Assembly: GCA_004764695.1 (NCBI GenBank)
Contig: SMSO01000032.1
Span: 2,170,001 to 2,234,000 of the forward strand
Origin: Schizochytrium sp. TIO01
Taxonomy: Eukaryota; Protista; Bigyra: Labyrinthulomycetes
DNA length: 64,000 bases
Reading direction: 5' to 3'
A program made the position numbers and the translations under genes. Within the stretch, counting starts at the first letter, position 1. Every line of letters begins with the position of its first letter. The notes under the pieces were generated by a model. That model did no database searches. It was not told the DNA's origin and worked only from the letters and a program-made list of their open reading frames with translations. Shown one piece after another: positions 48,601-59,900 of the stretch.

Positions 48601-49862
48601 CTGATACATCCAACCTGAAATCTATATTTTAGCAACCTTCTTGGCTCAAACGACGTAGGTATATGTCTCTCGTTTGTTTGCAAGCTGATCCTAGACCGCA
48701 GATTTAGGATAGCTCATAACAAATCACTCAAGTATTCTATTTTTTCCCACCCATAAAGTTGATATTTGTTTGTGCCTGAATTTCGCATTGCTAACTCTAT
48801 ACAGTAGACAAATTTTGTTTGAAGTTTCACTACATAATACCTTATCACCGCAGCCAAAACAACGAAAAGGAGGAATGATGGCATTCTCAACCTCGTACTT
48901 TTCTTTCGTTGCATCCACACAAAGCAGCATTCAACATGACTTTCAAGTGTGCCCAGTGATTGTAGCATAGGTTCGATTCTGCGGTATTTGATTAAATTCA
49001 CAAGCAGACTACAGTTATGACTCACCTTCAGCTCAACTAGTTACGGAATCCAATAGTTTTAGCTTGGAAAAAAGCACTTCAGAGGATTTGTTGAAATAGG
49101 AACAAACTCGAATGTCTTTTAAGCAAGAGATGGGCACACTGTTAGGAAATCTGGAGTGTGCCCATCTCTTGCTTGAAAGGTGAAACAGCAGTTTTGCAGC
49201 TAACAGAAATTTCTTGGTTATTTTCGCGCTAAAGCTGTCAGGCCGTCGTTCTGCTAGGATATAGTAGGTATCACTCAACCGCCCCATGTCGTACAAGCCC
49301 CTCTTTTTTTTTTCTTTTTTTAAGAAGCGTCACGAGTACGCATGGGAGACTCTGCCTTCAACAAAGCAGCCAAGCCAAGCCAAGCCCACTCCACTTGAAA
49401 CTCGGGATCACATTTCCACTCTCCATCCTTATTCCTGCGTTTGCTGAACGGACTTCATTCAAGCTATGCCATCCGTGAAATTTCTTTAAATTTATGTTCT
49501 CCCTAGCCCTTTTTCTCTCTTTCACAGCTAGGCGCTCCTGTAGCCTTCAACTAGCGAGAGTAACAATTCTATCCATCTCACTTTCGCTCGTTTCGCCGGA
49601 GAACCATTTCCAAAAATATTTGCTAACTTGCCCTGTACACACGCTCCAAATCTGCAAAATCTGCAAAAACTGGAAGTTCTAATCATTTCTTTAAAATTTA
49701 ATTTGTTTTTACTTTTATTTTCATCTCTAAAATCACTCACAGATTGGAGCGATCTTAATTCCACCAGTAGAGAGTCATGGTTGCTCGTTATTCCAGTTCG
49801 TTATTATTATATTTGCTCTGTTTATCTTTTTAAAATCTTTCAAGTTTACTTTTTATTGCCTT

Positions 49863-49919
49863 TCTTCTTCTTCTTCTTCTTCTTCTTCTTCTTCTTCTTC
49901 TTCTTCTTCTTCTTCTTCT
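49863..49919. repeat. (TTC)n microsatellite
   Basis: Visible directly. Confidence 0.95.
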
Positions 49920-50718
49920 AAAAGTTCCAGTTGCCTTGCTTGATTCAATAAAATAATAATAATAGTCTAAGCACGTGAGGAAGTTCAGAGCTCACACCAA
50001 AATGTAGATCAGTTGATCATCCAATCGTTGATCAATTTGAACGGTGAACTGACTGCTCTTGTGACTCTCGCACATCGCTTGTGCTGTGCCCGACTGCTGG
50101 AAGTTGAATGAGAAAGGTCGATTGCCCTGGAGATGGGTTCTACAAAGCGGTAAAACGTGTTTGCCCGAAAAAAGGAGCCATAGATCACACTCTTCCTTTT
50201 CATCAAGTTTGGAAACTTAGAAAAGTGTTCTTTTCTTGTTTCTCTGCGGACGAGGAACAAATCACTCTCCTCTCCTTTCAGAGATCAAGCGCACGCAGCG
50301 ATTAGCCACTATGACAGCGCCTGCTTCGATGACCCGGTTTAGACAGCATTCAGATGTTGATGATAACCTGAAAGGACTATGACATCTGCATTATCAATCA
50401 ATGCTAGGAGATGTTTTTAATCATGGCTGAGTGTACTCCCTACTACTCACTTGCACGTGCCTAGAAAATAGGCTAAACCATAGCGGTTCCTGATAACAGT
50501 CTAGATAAGTAAAAATGTCGGGGCTAAGCACCTCTATTTTCTGTACTTTTCTTCTTATCATTTTCTGTGCAAGCTTAACCCGTTTGGCTGATCCTCACGC
50601 CGTGCAGCTTCGCCAAAGCTGGAAGCAAACAGTAGAAGCCTTCTCTTTGTCAACGATTAGCAAACTCTTGATGTGCCAATTGACAATCCAGCTGCAAATG
50701 AGAATTTGTGCTCTCGAA

Positions 50719-50720
<2 letters not shown>

Positions 50721-50772
<52 letters not shown>

Positions 50773-50799
50773 CATCATCATCATCATCATCATCATCAT
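50721..50799. repeat. Compound (AAT)n(CAT)n microsatellite
   Basis: Visible directly. Confidence 0.95.
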
Positions 50800-51576
50800 A
50801 AAAGCATGAGTTTACCTATCCTTCAAATTTTATTCGCTTGAACAAGTTGAAGATTTACCTTAAGTTCACATCGGATATACTATCAGGGCAGCACTTGCCC
50901 TCTCGCGGCAAGCAATTTATTGTAGAAAACGAATTGTGCGTTTTGCCCGTGTTTCTCTTTTCTTCCTAGGCTCGGCACTAGCGAGCCAGTTAAGTTAAGT
51001 CGAATTTTATTTTTAGTGCGCTCAACTTTAATTTTTCATCAATACTTCATCGTGGCTTTCATTTCTTTTTTGAAATAGCCTCTTTCTAGGTTTTAAGAAT
51101 TATCTCTCTCCGACCCAGGCCCTTCTCAAAAGAGAAGAGAAAAACACAATACAAATAAGAGGGATACTTTCACTTATGTTCTATGTAAACATTTAGACTA
51201 TCGTTGGAAACTAGAAGATTTATTCTATTATGATAGGTACCTAGGTAGCATTCAAATGTATAGGAGTATGTTTCAGGTAAATCGTAAATTGTTTATATAG
51301 ACACAACATTATTAATTTAAAATAAAATAAAAATATTAATCTCTCAGCATGATAAGTCACACTCCCTGGTCAGAGTTACTGAGCAAACCTCTAATATCAA
51401 GCACAACCGGCCGAAGGTGCAAGCATTCGCACGACAAGTGTACGTGTAGCCCTTCCAGCTTGCCTTCGTAGGTCTTTGCGTGATTGAGAGGACAACCAAA
51501 GGAGAATTAAAGTTCTGAAAAGTCTTGAAATACGCAGTCCCTGAAACCTTGTTCACTCTGCACAGGACTCACTAAG

Positions 51577-53406
51577 ATGACAACCCTTGAAGGCCAAACT
51601 ATTGAGGTTTACCAACAAGCTGATCCTCCGGGGGCCACAGTGGCAATCCCTGAGTCAACTCCTACAACTCTATGCTATGGTCCTTCTGCCTTCACTACTG
51701 ACTCGACAATGTTCTTTTATCATCCTCGGAAACAACCTCTTCCCAATCCTGAGAATGTAGACACCACCAACTTAACTTCCCACTACAATACCGCCGATTC
51801 ACCTGTGGATAAACCCGACCCTGAAGAAGACGATATCGTTAAGCCACCTGTGCTTAATTTTGACCGTGAAGGCAACACCAATTTAGATTTTCACGACGGT
51901 ATGGGTGAACTACCTGTGGATAACCTCGTCCGTGAAGGCATCAACCCCAACTTACCTTTCCCCGAGCTTTTCAATGAGCCACCTGTGCTTAATTTTGACC
52001 GTGAAGGCAACACGAATTTAGATTTTCACGACGGTATGGGTGAACTACCTGTGGATAACCTCGACCGTGAAGGCATCAACCCCAACTTACCTTTCCCCGA
52101 GCTTTTCAATGAGCCACCTGTGCTTAGTTTTGACCGTGAAGGCAACACCAATTTAGATTTTCACGACGGTATGGGTGAACTACTTGTGGATAACCTCGTC
52201 CATGAAGGCATCAACCCCAACTTACCTTTCCTCGAGCTTTCCAATGAGCCACCTGTGAATAAATTCGACCTTTCCCAAATGTATGATGTGATTTTGAACA
52301 TGCTCAATGCAAAGTCCCACCAAAAACGCAACTTCAAAGCTATATTCGATAGCAACCGGTTCCTCCAGGATAAATTTAAAAAATCAAGTGTTTTCCGCCA
52401 AAGCATTAAAATTTTAACAGGTGAGCGTCCAAGCAAGATCAAGATCGGATATTTCACAGAACTGAAAAGCATCATCACTTCTGGAAACGCAGTTACTATC
52501 TCAAACTTCGTCTACAGTGCATTTCCCATAGGTTTTCCTAACGAAAGGGTTGACTTAACCCCAGTTGTCGACTTTCTAGTCAACGACCTCCAAACGACGC
52601 AAAACCAAAGAAAGTGTTCTGCAAAACATGTTCTTGATTGGACTCCTGAAGCGCAGCGGTGCATTCGTGATATATTGCTCGATATTCACTTAGCTAATAA
52701 CTGCTCTTATCTGGTGCCATATAAGGCAGTGGAAAAGCTGCTTCCACTCTCACAGGTGCAGATCCTAATTATGACCAACTGCTCATGTACACTGTGCAAG
52801 AAGTGGGGAATCGAGCTCCAAAGCAATACTGAAGAAACGATTCTACAGTGGACTCGTGGTGTGATTTCTCTTTGCAAACAGATGTTGTGGCATCATTTGC
52901 ACGGCATTCCACTTGACAATATAAATGAGGTAACAACTCTTCCCAGCGCGGAGGATGATCGAAAGCGTTTTGAGAAGATGTCAAGGCGCCATTGCACATG
53001 CTCTCGCTGCGAGCGTAATAAAAGATCAAGACAAGATGAAGTTGGGCGAAATGTTCAGCGTAGACTCGGAAACCGATCTGGTGATGACACTTACGAAGAC
53101 AATGCAGAAAGTGAACAGGAATATGATGACGAGGACGAGGATGATGACAATGAATATCCTTATTCAATTACAGATTTCCACATAGATGATGACTGGGAAA
53201 GTACAGATGAGCAATCGTTATTGAATGACTCTGAATCTGAATATGACCAAAAGGACGAGGAGGAGGAGGATAGAACTGATGATGATGCAAGTGATGGTGG
53301 CAAAGTGTTTCGAATTGACCATACTGTCGAAACCAAGCGGCCAGCTACCTTCGTGGATTTCGGAATCCTCTCCGATGGAATCATTTTGTATGAGGAGTAT
53401 GTTTAA
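51577..53406 (+). CDS. Paralog 3 of unnamed CxCxxCxxW-family putative nuclear regulator (internal 45-aa repeats, acidic tail)
   Basis: Intact 609-aa ORF with the shared module HQKRNF...FRQSIKILTGER...WTPEAQRCIRDILLDIH...CSCTLCKKWGI...WTR, plus CTCSRC and a D/E-rich C-terminus. Confidence 0.8.
   Translation: MTTLEGQTIEVYQQADPPGATVAIPESTPTTLCYGPSAFTTDSTMFFYHPRKQPLPNPENVDTTNLTSHYNTADSPVDKPDPEEDDIVKPPVLNFDREGNTNLDFHDGMGELPVDNLVREGINPNLPFPELFNEPPVLNFDREGNTNLDFHDGMGELPVDNLDREGINPNLPFPELFNEPPVLSFDREGNTNLDFHDGMGELLVDNLVHEGINPNLPFLELSNEPPVNKFDLSQMYDVILNMLNAKSHQKRNFKAIFDSNRFLQDKFKKSSVFRQSIKILTGERPSKIKIGYFTELKSIITSGNAVTISNFVYSAFPIGFPNERVDLTPVVDFLVNDLQTTQNQRKCSAKHVLDWTPEAQRCIRDILLDIHLANNCSYLVPYKAVEKLLPLSQVQILIMTNCSCTLCKKWGIELQSNTEETILQWTRGVISLCKQMLWHHLHGIPLDNINEVTTLPSAEDDRKRFEKMSRRHCTCSRCERNKRSRQDEVGRNVQRRLGNRSGDDTYEDNAESEQEYDDEDEDDDNEYPYSITDFHIDDDWESTDEQSLLNDSESEYDQKDEEEEDRTDDDASDGGKVFRIDHTVETKRPATFVDFGILSDGIILYEEYV
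51844..52257 (+). repeat. Coding minisatellite: three near-identical 135-bp (45-aa) units plus a partial fourth
   Basis: CCACCTGTG recurs at 51844, 51979, 52114 and 52249 (135-bp spacing). The unit encodes PPVLNFDREGNTNLDFHDGMGELPVDNLxREGINPNLPFPELFNE. Confidence 0.97.
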
Positions 53407-55256
53407 ATAACAACTTCAAAAAAAGCACATAACACCTCAAAAGCCTATACAACGTTTTGCCAATCTGATGAGAAAGTCCTTGTCATCGGTTTTCACTCTC
53501 CAAGCAAAGCAATGTTTTGAGTTTCATTGATTGGCAGAACTTGAAAGGCCAATGAGGTCATGGAGCTGTACTGCGAATATGGTACCCTCAAGAGTCACTG
53601 CTCGCAAGTACTAAACTTTCCATTGTATATATTTCAGTTTGTATTTTTGGTATTCTTTTTTAAAGATAGGACGAAGAGTCAATATTTCATAGCTTCCGGA
53701 CACTTATCTAGTGCTTAGAGTAGGTAAATACACCAATGCACGAGTACTGCAGTGAGAAGACAGTGTCGTATGGGACCATTTTTTTTAACCATGCGAAGGC
53801 AGGTTGACCAGGAAAGAACCTCGTTTAAAGATATACACAACCATTCGCCACATACTCATAAGTCAGTATCGCTCGCACCAATATAACTTTTTTCTGATAA
53901 TAAATTATGTTCGAATATTGACTATATCTAAGTTTAGGTAGCTGCATAAAATCAAAGACCGAAACCGTTTTTTAATTGCCTTTTGTTTTTTACAATTGGT
54001 CTGTTTTTGTCTAAAGCCCGCTACGAAGCCAACCAGCGACTTTCGACTAGTCTTCGTACACTTCATCGAAACTTCTTCCTTAAGATTTTCGAGTGAGCAT
54101 GCTTGTAAGGCAACCGCGTCGATCCCACATGAATCTAAAACGCTGTGAAAATTTATCTCATATTTGCATGCGCGCATGCCTCCATTGTCATGAGAATCAG
54201 CGCAGCACCATGAGGCAAGCTTGTCCTGCTATTATTTCATGGCAAAGTTAACCCTCGCTGATGTTCTAAAATTGAAGCTACCGCTTAGAAAAGTGTCTTC
54301 CTCAAGTTAGCTAAGATTTTCCCCCCTACAATCCCTCGTTGATCTTCCATCATAGGAGTGTACTACGAACTTGAAGTCAGAGTTTTAAGGCAGGTAGTAA
54401 ACCCCTCGGTACTTCGCTCTCTACGCAATCAGGCGATGCACAAGAGCAAAGCACGGATGCCACTTTGAGATCCAAGAACTCAATGAGTTGGGAAGAAAGT
54501 GTCGAGAGAGGACGACCTACTCGTGGATATCATTGTATTGATTGTGTAAGATGATCCAGTGCAGACGAGGGAGTGCAGGAGCTTCTTGGCAGTGAGTGGG
54601 TGCTTCGCTGCTATTATCTCTTGTCTATTATTGCAAGGCCACAAATCCCAGATCAATAGTCGCAAACTCATTGATTCATTCAATTCGCGGAGTTTCTCAC
54701 ACCTGGATTGGAGTTCTTGTTTTTTTCTTTTTTTCAATTAAAATTTGATACAAGAAAAGAACATTACAATAGCTTTTATGTGCTGAGTAGATCCTGCTAC
54801 CGAGGTGCTACATCCTGCCTTCACAGAAACTAATCATCGGCAGCCTGAGGAAAAGAAATTTAGGTAGTGCAAAACCAAACATTATTCTCCACAGAAGAGA
54901 AGCTCTCGCGAGGCGAAAGGCCTAAGCGAGAGGAGCAAAGGGCCTTGCAACGCGGCCGTAGTCACAAGGGTGGAGCTTCTTCAGGTGCTTGGGCAAGGCG
55001 GACAGTCAGCTGTAGATTCTGTCGATCAAAGCGGTTCACAGCAATCTATTTGTCAACGTCTGCTAAGATACTTCGCAAGCAAACTCCGAGAGGGCCGTCC
55101 CGACGTTACCCTGACAACACATATCCATCATCTACAGAACCGACTCCTTTGTATGAGTTGCTTTTGCAGAAAATATTGTTCAACTTACCTGCAAAAAATC
55201 AAACGGTTGCCACGACGCTAGGCAAACTAGATTCTTAAAACAAATCTGTTGTTAAA

Positions 55257-56111
55257 ATGGACGTAGGAGATCATGGCGAGGTGTACAGCGGCATAAATAT
55301 ACGCGTGAGCATCCATAAGGGCGCTTTGATGCCTCGTGAAGAGTACTTTTCCATGCTGGACGCTCTGTGTGATGTGCACGAAACGCGCACTGCTGTGCAG
55401 TTTACCAATCCAGTAGGCCTTGGACGTGTGGCAACAACGGGATTTGTTATTGGGGCACTGACTATGGCACATCTGATCTGGCTGGGGTTCAACTTTTCAA
55501 GCAGCACTGCCGGCTCCACCCTCGTCAAGGCATGGTGCGTATATTTTATCGCACTTTGTTTCTATCATTTGTCAGAATTTGCAACCACTGCACGCTATAA
55601 TGCTCCACTTGTCACATGGGAAAGCTTTTTGCTCGACCAGAGTCGTGCTTATCAGATTGCTATGTTGGCATCATGGTTGGAGTTTTGGATCGAAGCTGCC
55701 ATCATGCCTGGCTTTAAGACCGGTATGGTTGCCAAGTTTGTCATGGTGCTGGGTCTTGCCTTAGTTTTTATCGGGCAAGGTTTTCGGACAGGCGCTATGG
55801 TAGAGGCCGGAAGCAACTTCTCGCACCTGATCCAGGTTAAAAAAACAAAATCGCATCAGCTCGTTACCTCGGGTCTCTACAAATATGTGCGCCACCCATC
55901 TTATTTTGGTTGGTTTTGGTGGTCCATTGGTACCCAACTTCTCATGTTCAACCCAATCTGCCTGGTAGGATATGCCATTGCCGCATGGAAATTCTTTGAA
56001 AGCAGAATCCCTTATGAAGAGCGCAAACTTGTTGAATTCTTTCCCCAAGAATACCCAGCATATCGCAAACGCACACCAATCGGTATCCCATTTATTCCAT
56101 CACATGCGTAA
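55257..56111 (+). CDS. ICMT: Protein-S-isoprenylcysteine O-methyltransferase (ICMT/STE14)
   Basis: Multi-TM protein with YHLSEFATTA, SFLL, EFWIE, GQGFRTGAM...NFSHLI, HQLVTSGLYKYVRHPSYFGWFWWSIGTQ, NPI, RIPYEERKLVEFF and IGIPFI. Confidence 0.95.
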   Translation: MDVGDHGEVYSGINIRVSIHKGALMPREEYFSMLDALCDVHETRTAVQFTNPVGLGRVATTGFVIGALTMAHLIWLGFNFSSSTAGSTLVKAWCVYFIALCFYHLSEFATTARYNAPLVTWESFLLDQSRAYQIAMLASWLEFWIEAAIMPGFKTGMVAKFVMVLGLALVFIGQGFRTGAMVEAGSNFSHLIQVKKTKSHQLVTSGLYKYVRHPSYFGWFWWSIGTQLLMFNPICLVGYAIAAWKFFESRIPYEERKLVEFFPQEYPAYRKRTPIGIPFIPSHA

Positions 56112-56956
56112 AGTGTGCAAAAACAAATTTTATGCATATCACTCGAACATAGCAGGTGCATAAATCACAAGTCTTTTCAAGGAGAATCACAGTTCGCTAT
56201 AACTCAGTATTGACATTTCGCAAAACCCGAGCATCACCTTGCAACAAAGCTTGCGAAAATCCGATACGAAGATTCCCTTGCTACAAAAAGAAATCAACGT
56301 GCAAATCTGAAAGAAAATTTGTGCCAAAAACTCGAGCTATCTGCCTGCCCAATTATCACGGTTACCTGAAGTATATGAACAAAAAGTAGCTATTTAAGTG
56401 GCAATAGAATTATCAATTATAATTACCTGTTTATTATATTTCTGCTTCCCAATTTCATGAGTTGAGCTACGATCAGGTACTCATCTTTATTTGCGAACTT
56501 TTACCGACAACATTAAATGGGGAAAATATATAGAGAAAACTTTTGCAGAGAATGAGAATCTGTTCTTGATATGCTACATTGCTTTCAAGTTGTGAGAAGC
56601 TCATACGAGCTTGTATCTTTCTAGTATAATCAAAGTTTGCCTCATCAAAGACTTCTAAAAAATTAACAAAGTCATTGCAAAGAAAATTCAATTTAGGCTC
56701 ATTTTAAAAGCGAAATTTTAAATTCTACATAAGGGTTTTGTTTTTCAGAGGAAATCCAAAAATCTTAAGCGTACAGAGGATTGAACAAAAAGGTGTCGTT
56801 ACACATATGCTTGTACTTTTCATACGCACTTACCATGGTGAAGAGTATGGCAAGTTCCAAGTAGGGTGGGCTGAGATGGCGTACTAATTAAATCGGCTTG
56901 ATTACCCAAAAAGAGGGCAATTGCTTCACATCTCTTTCGTGCCTTGCTTCGTTTAA

Positions 56957-59900
56957 TTATTTGTCATGGGGCCACCGGCTTTGTGCCCAAGCAGAACGAG
57001 ACGAAGACTTTGCAGAGTTAGACCCGCCCTTCCACCGGTTCTCTGCCCAAGCGTTGCGTGCTGAAGCGTTGCTTGAGGAAGAAGAAGATAATGATGGGGG
57101 TTGTTGAGACGGAGACCAAGCTCTTTGATCAGTCTTGCCTGAACCTGCGCTAGGATAAAGGAATGCAGGGAGATCATCTGTGTTGCCACCAGGTGCACTT
57201 CGAGCTGGGAGGAAGCGGTTTGCAAAATCACGAATACTTGATCGCTGGCTTGATTTGGATGAAGCCGCATTGGTTGACTCCGCTTCTGCATTTACAGTAG
57301 GAAATGTGGGAGGCAAAGGTGGCACAGGCGGAGCATGATACTTTGGAGGTACCGGTGGTGGTTGCTTTTGGCGCTGCGACTCGACATCAGTCTCAGTAGG
57401 GTCTGCTGAAGGAGCTTTACGAAACCAGGACAATCGACTAGCAAGCCCAGATGGTTTCCCAAACATAGGAGGAGGAGATGGTGGAACAGTGGAGCTGCTA
57501 CTTTCAAAATCATGTTCCGAGGCGTCATTGTATGATCGAGGCATCTTGAAAGATACATCAGCCGTAGCTCTAGATTCCTCGTGCGCATGGTGGTCGAAAT
57601 GAAAACTAGGGGCTCCGTGAGTGTTAGGCAAGCGAGATGGTTTAGGACTCGCAGGCTCTGAGGAACCAAAATGAAAACTAGGTGCTCCATGTAGAATTTG
57701 AGCTCGGCTGCGACTGTTCGATGCATCATTATCATCAGGGAAATTGAAGCTAGGCTGATGCGGAAGGTTACCTGCGCGTGAGGAAGAAGAAGCTGCAAAA
57801 GGGCCAGGAGCTCCCACCGCAGAGTGACCAAGAGAGTATCCATCGCCACCCTTGTTACCGCCAAAAAACCGAGCGGTTGACTGTCTAAAAAACGATGGTT
57901 TCGGCTCGTTATAGTCACTCTTATCAGAAAGGTCAACCGTGTGCGGACCAGTTGTAAGAGCTTCGCGACGGTTGCTACGTTGAGACTTACGGCGGTAAGC
58001 AAAGATAGCTGCACCAAGCACTATCACACCTACACCAGCACCAACTGCACCATAAATGGCAGTCGAGGCGGCACCTGAATCTTCATCGTCCGAAGTAGTA
58101 GATGATGTACCACTTTCACCGGAGCCAGCATTATCTGTGGTGGTGCCACTTCCGCTGCTCGAACCACTTCCGCTGCTCGAACCACTTCCGCTGCTCGAAC
58201 CACTTCCGCTGCTCGAACCACTTCCGCTGCTTGAACCACTTCCGCTGCTTGAACCACTTCCGGAGGTAGTCCCACTACCGGTATTATTTGCGCTGGTAGT
58301 TGTGCTGTTAAAAACACTTTGCGAGACAATTTCGGTGGTTGTAGACTTTGCGTTTAGTTGACCATTGGGAGCCAGATCAAAAAAATAGAAGCCCAAATCC
58401 CCATCCATAATCGGGCTATTTACAGAGCGGATCATATAATGCACGTTGAGAGCTGTATTGTTCTTCATGAGGGGAAGAGTTAGAGTAGCCGAGCCGGTAT
58501 TATCTACCTCGCCAACTAGCCACCAGTCAAGATCAACAGTGTCATCGGCATAGTCGTAGGTGGAGGATGATGAGTACAATTCATCAATAGCCACTAAAAT
58601 CTGCACTTTGGAAGACAAAGAATCGGTGCCAGCTACATCCCACTCGAAGGTAAAATCTTCAAGAGGTTCAAGAGAGCTATTCAAAAGAGCATCGGTGTTT
58701 GTAAAGGCAAGTGGACCGACTGAAGAGCTGAATTGAATGCCAACATCTGCATAACCAAAATCTCCAATCAAGTCTTTGGAAAAATTTGTTTGCAGTTTGG
58801 TAGCTTGAAAGGAGCGGCGAGCGGTGAATCGCATGGTCATAGTCATATCTGTTTTGGGCAGATGCTCAGACAGACTAGTTACCGAGTTGGCAAGGTTATA
58901 AAGATTCGGGAAAAATCGTGATTGAGAATCGATGGGCTCGTAAGGACGAAAGTCTCCGAGAGTTGTGTTTGAGTACGTTTGGGCGCTAGTATCTACTCGA
59001 TCCCAAGCATAGTAAGAGCTTGCTGCTGCATCATTTTCCAGTTTTCCACGCAACTGAAATGCATTACCTACCGGGACAACCCATGTATCGTTAAGGACAG
59101 AAACGACAGGGCGGATCTCATCAGTGGTAATGATCTCACCGCAGCTAGAATCTGAAGCCGTTCGCGATTCAACGAATTTACGCATTGCCTGTAAATTGAT
59201 TGGGTTGAAATAAGGGTCAGAGTAAGACTGCAAATTGCGTCCTGAACAGAGGTTGGCGTATCCCATGATGGTAGACCCAGAGCCAGGCTCTACAGCGCCG
59301 GCCAGCATTAGGCTGCTACCGCAATCACGAAAGCTATGTGCACCATAGACTTGGTGGCCCATCTCGTGAGAAACATAATCAACTGAAAAAGAGTCACCAA
59401 CTGGACGACTGATACCCGTTGTACCTCGTGCCTTGCTAGAGGAGTAGCACAGAGAAGGGTACTGGGCTACACCACCAGCTCCAGTTGAAAAACTGTGGCC
59501 AATATCGAATTCAGATGTTGAGATATTTCTCGAGGCAATAAAATCCATATTGTAGTTGAGAAGAGTCGAGTCGTTAGGCAGATCGTAATCACAAGACCCA
59601 GAAATGCATATGAGTTCATCAACTCGATCAATCAGGCGAAAGTAGATGCCAAGCTCACGCGAATAAATACCGTTGACTCGAGACATGATAGTTACAAAAC
59701 TACTAAGCACAGAGGTCACAGTACTGCCATAGTAAGCAGAATATTGTTTGTTAGCGATAAGAGCCATGCGAAAGATATAGCCCTGAGAGGTAACAGTGTC
59801 AGAGAGCTGGCGACGGCTGTCAGTGTTGTTCCGAGATGTGCTATTTTCATTATTATTTTCAAGCACTGCCATGTTTAGCTCTTCTTCACTTGCATGGGTA

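Noticed and set aside
54970-55221. LLQVLGQGGQSAV resembling a kinase Gly-rich loop upstream of ICMT
   Set aside because: I found no VAxK, HRD or DFG motifs downstream; probably chance or 5'-flank sequence.
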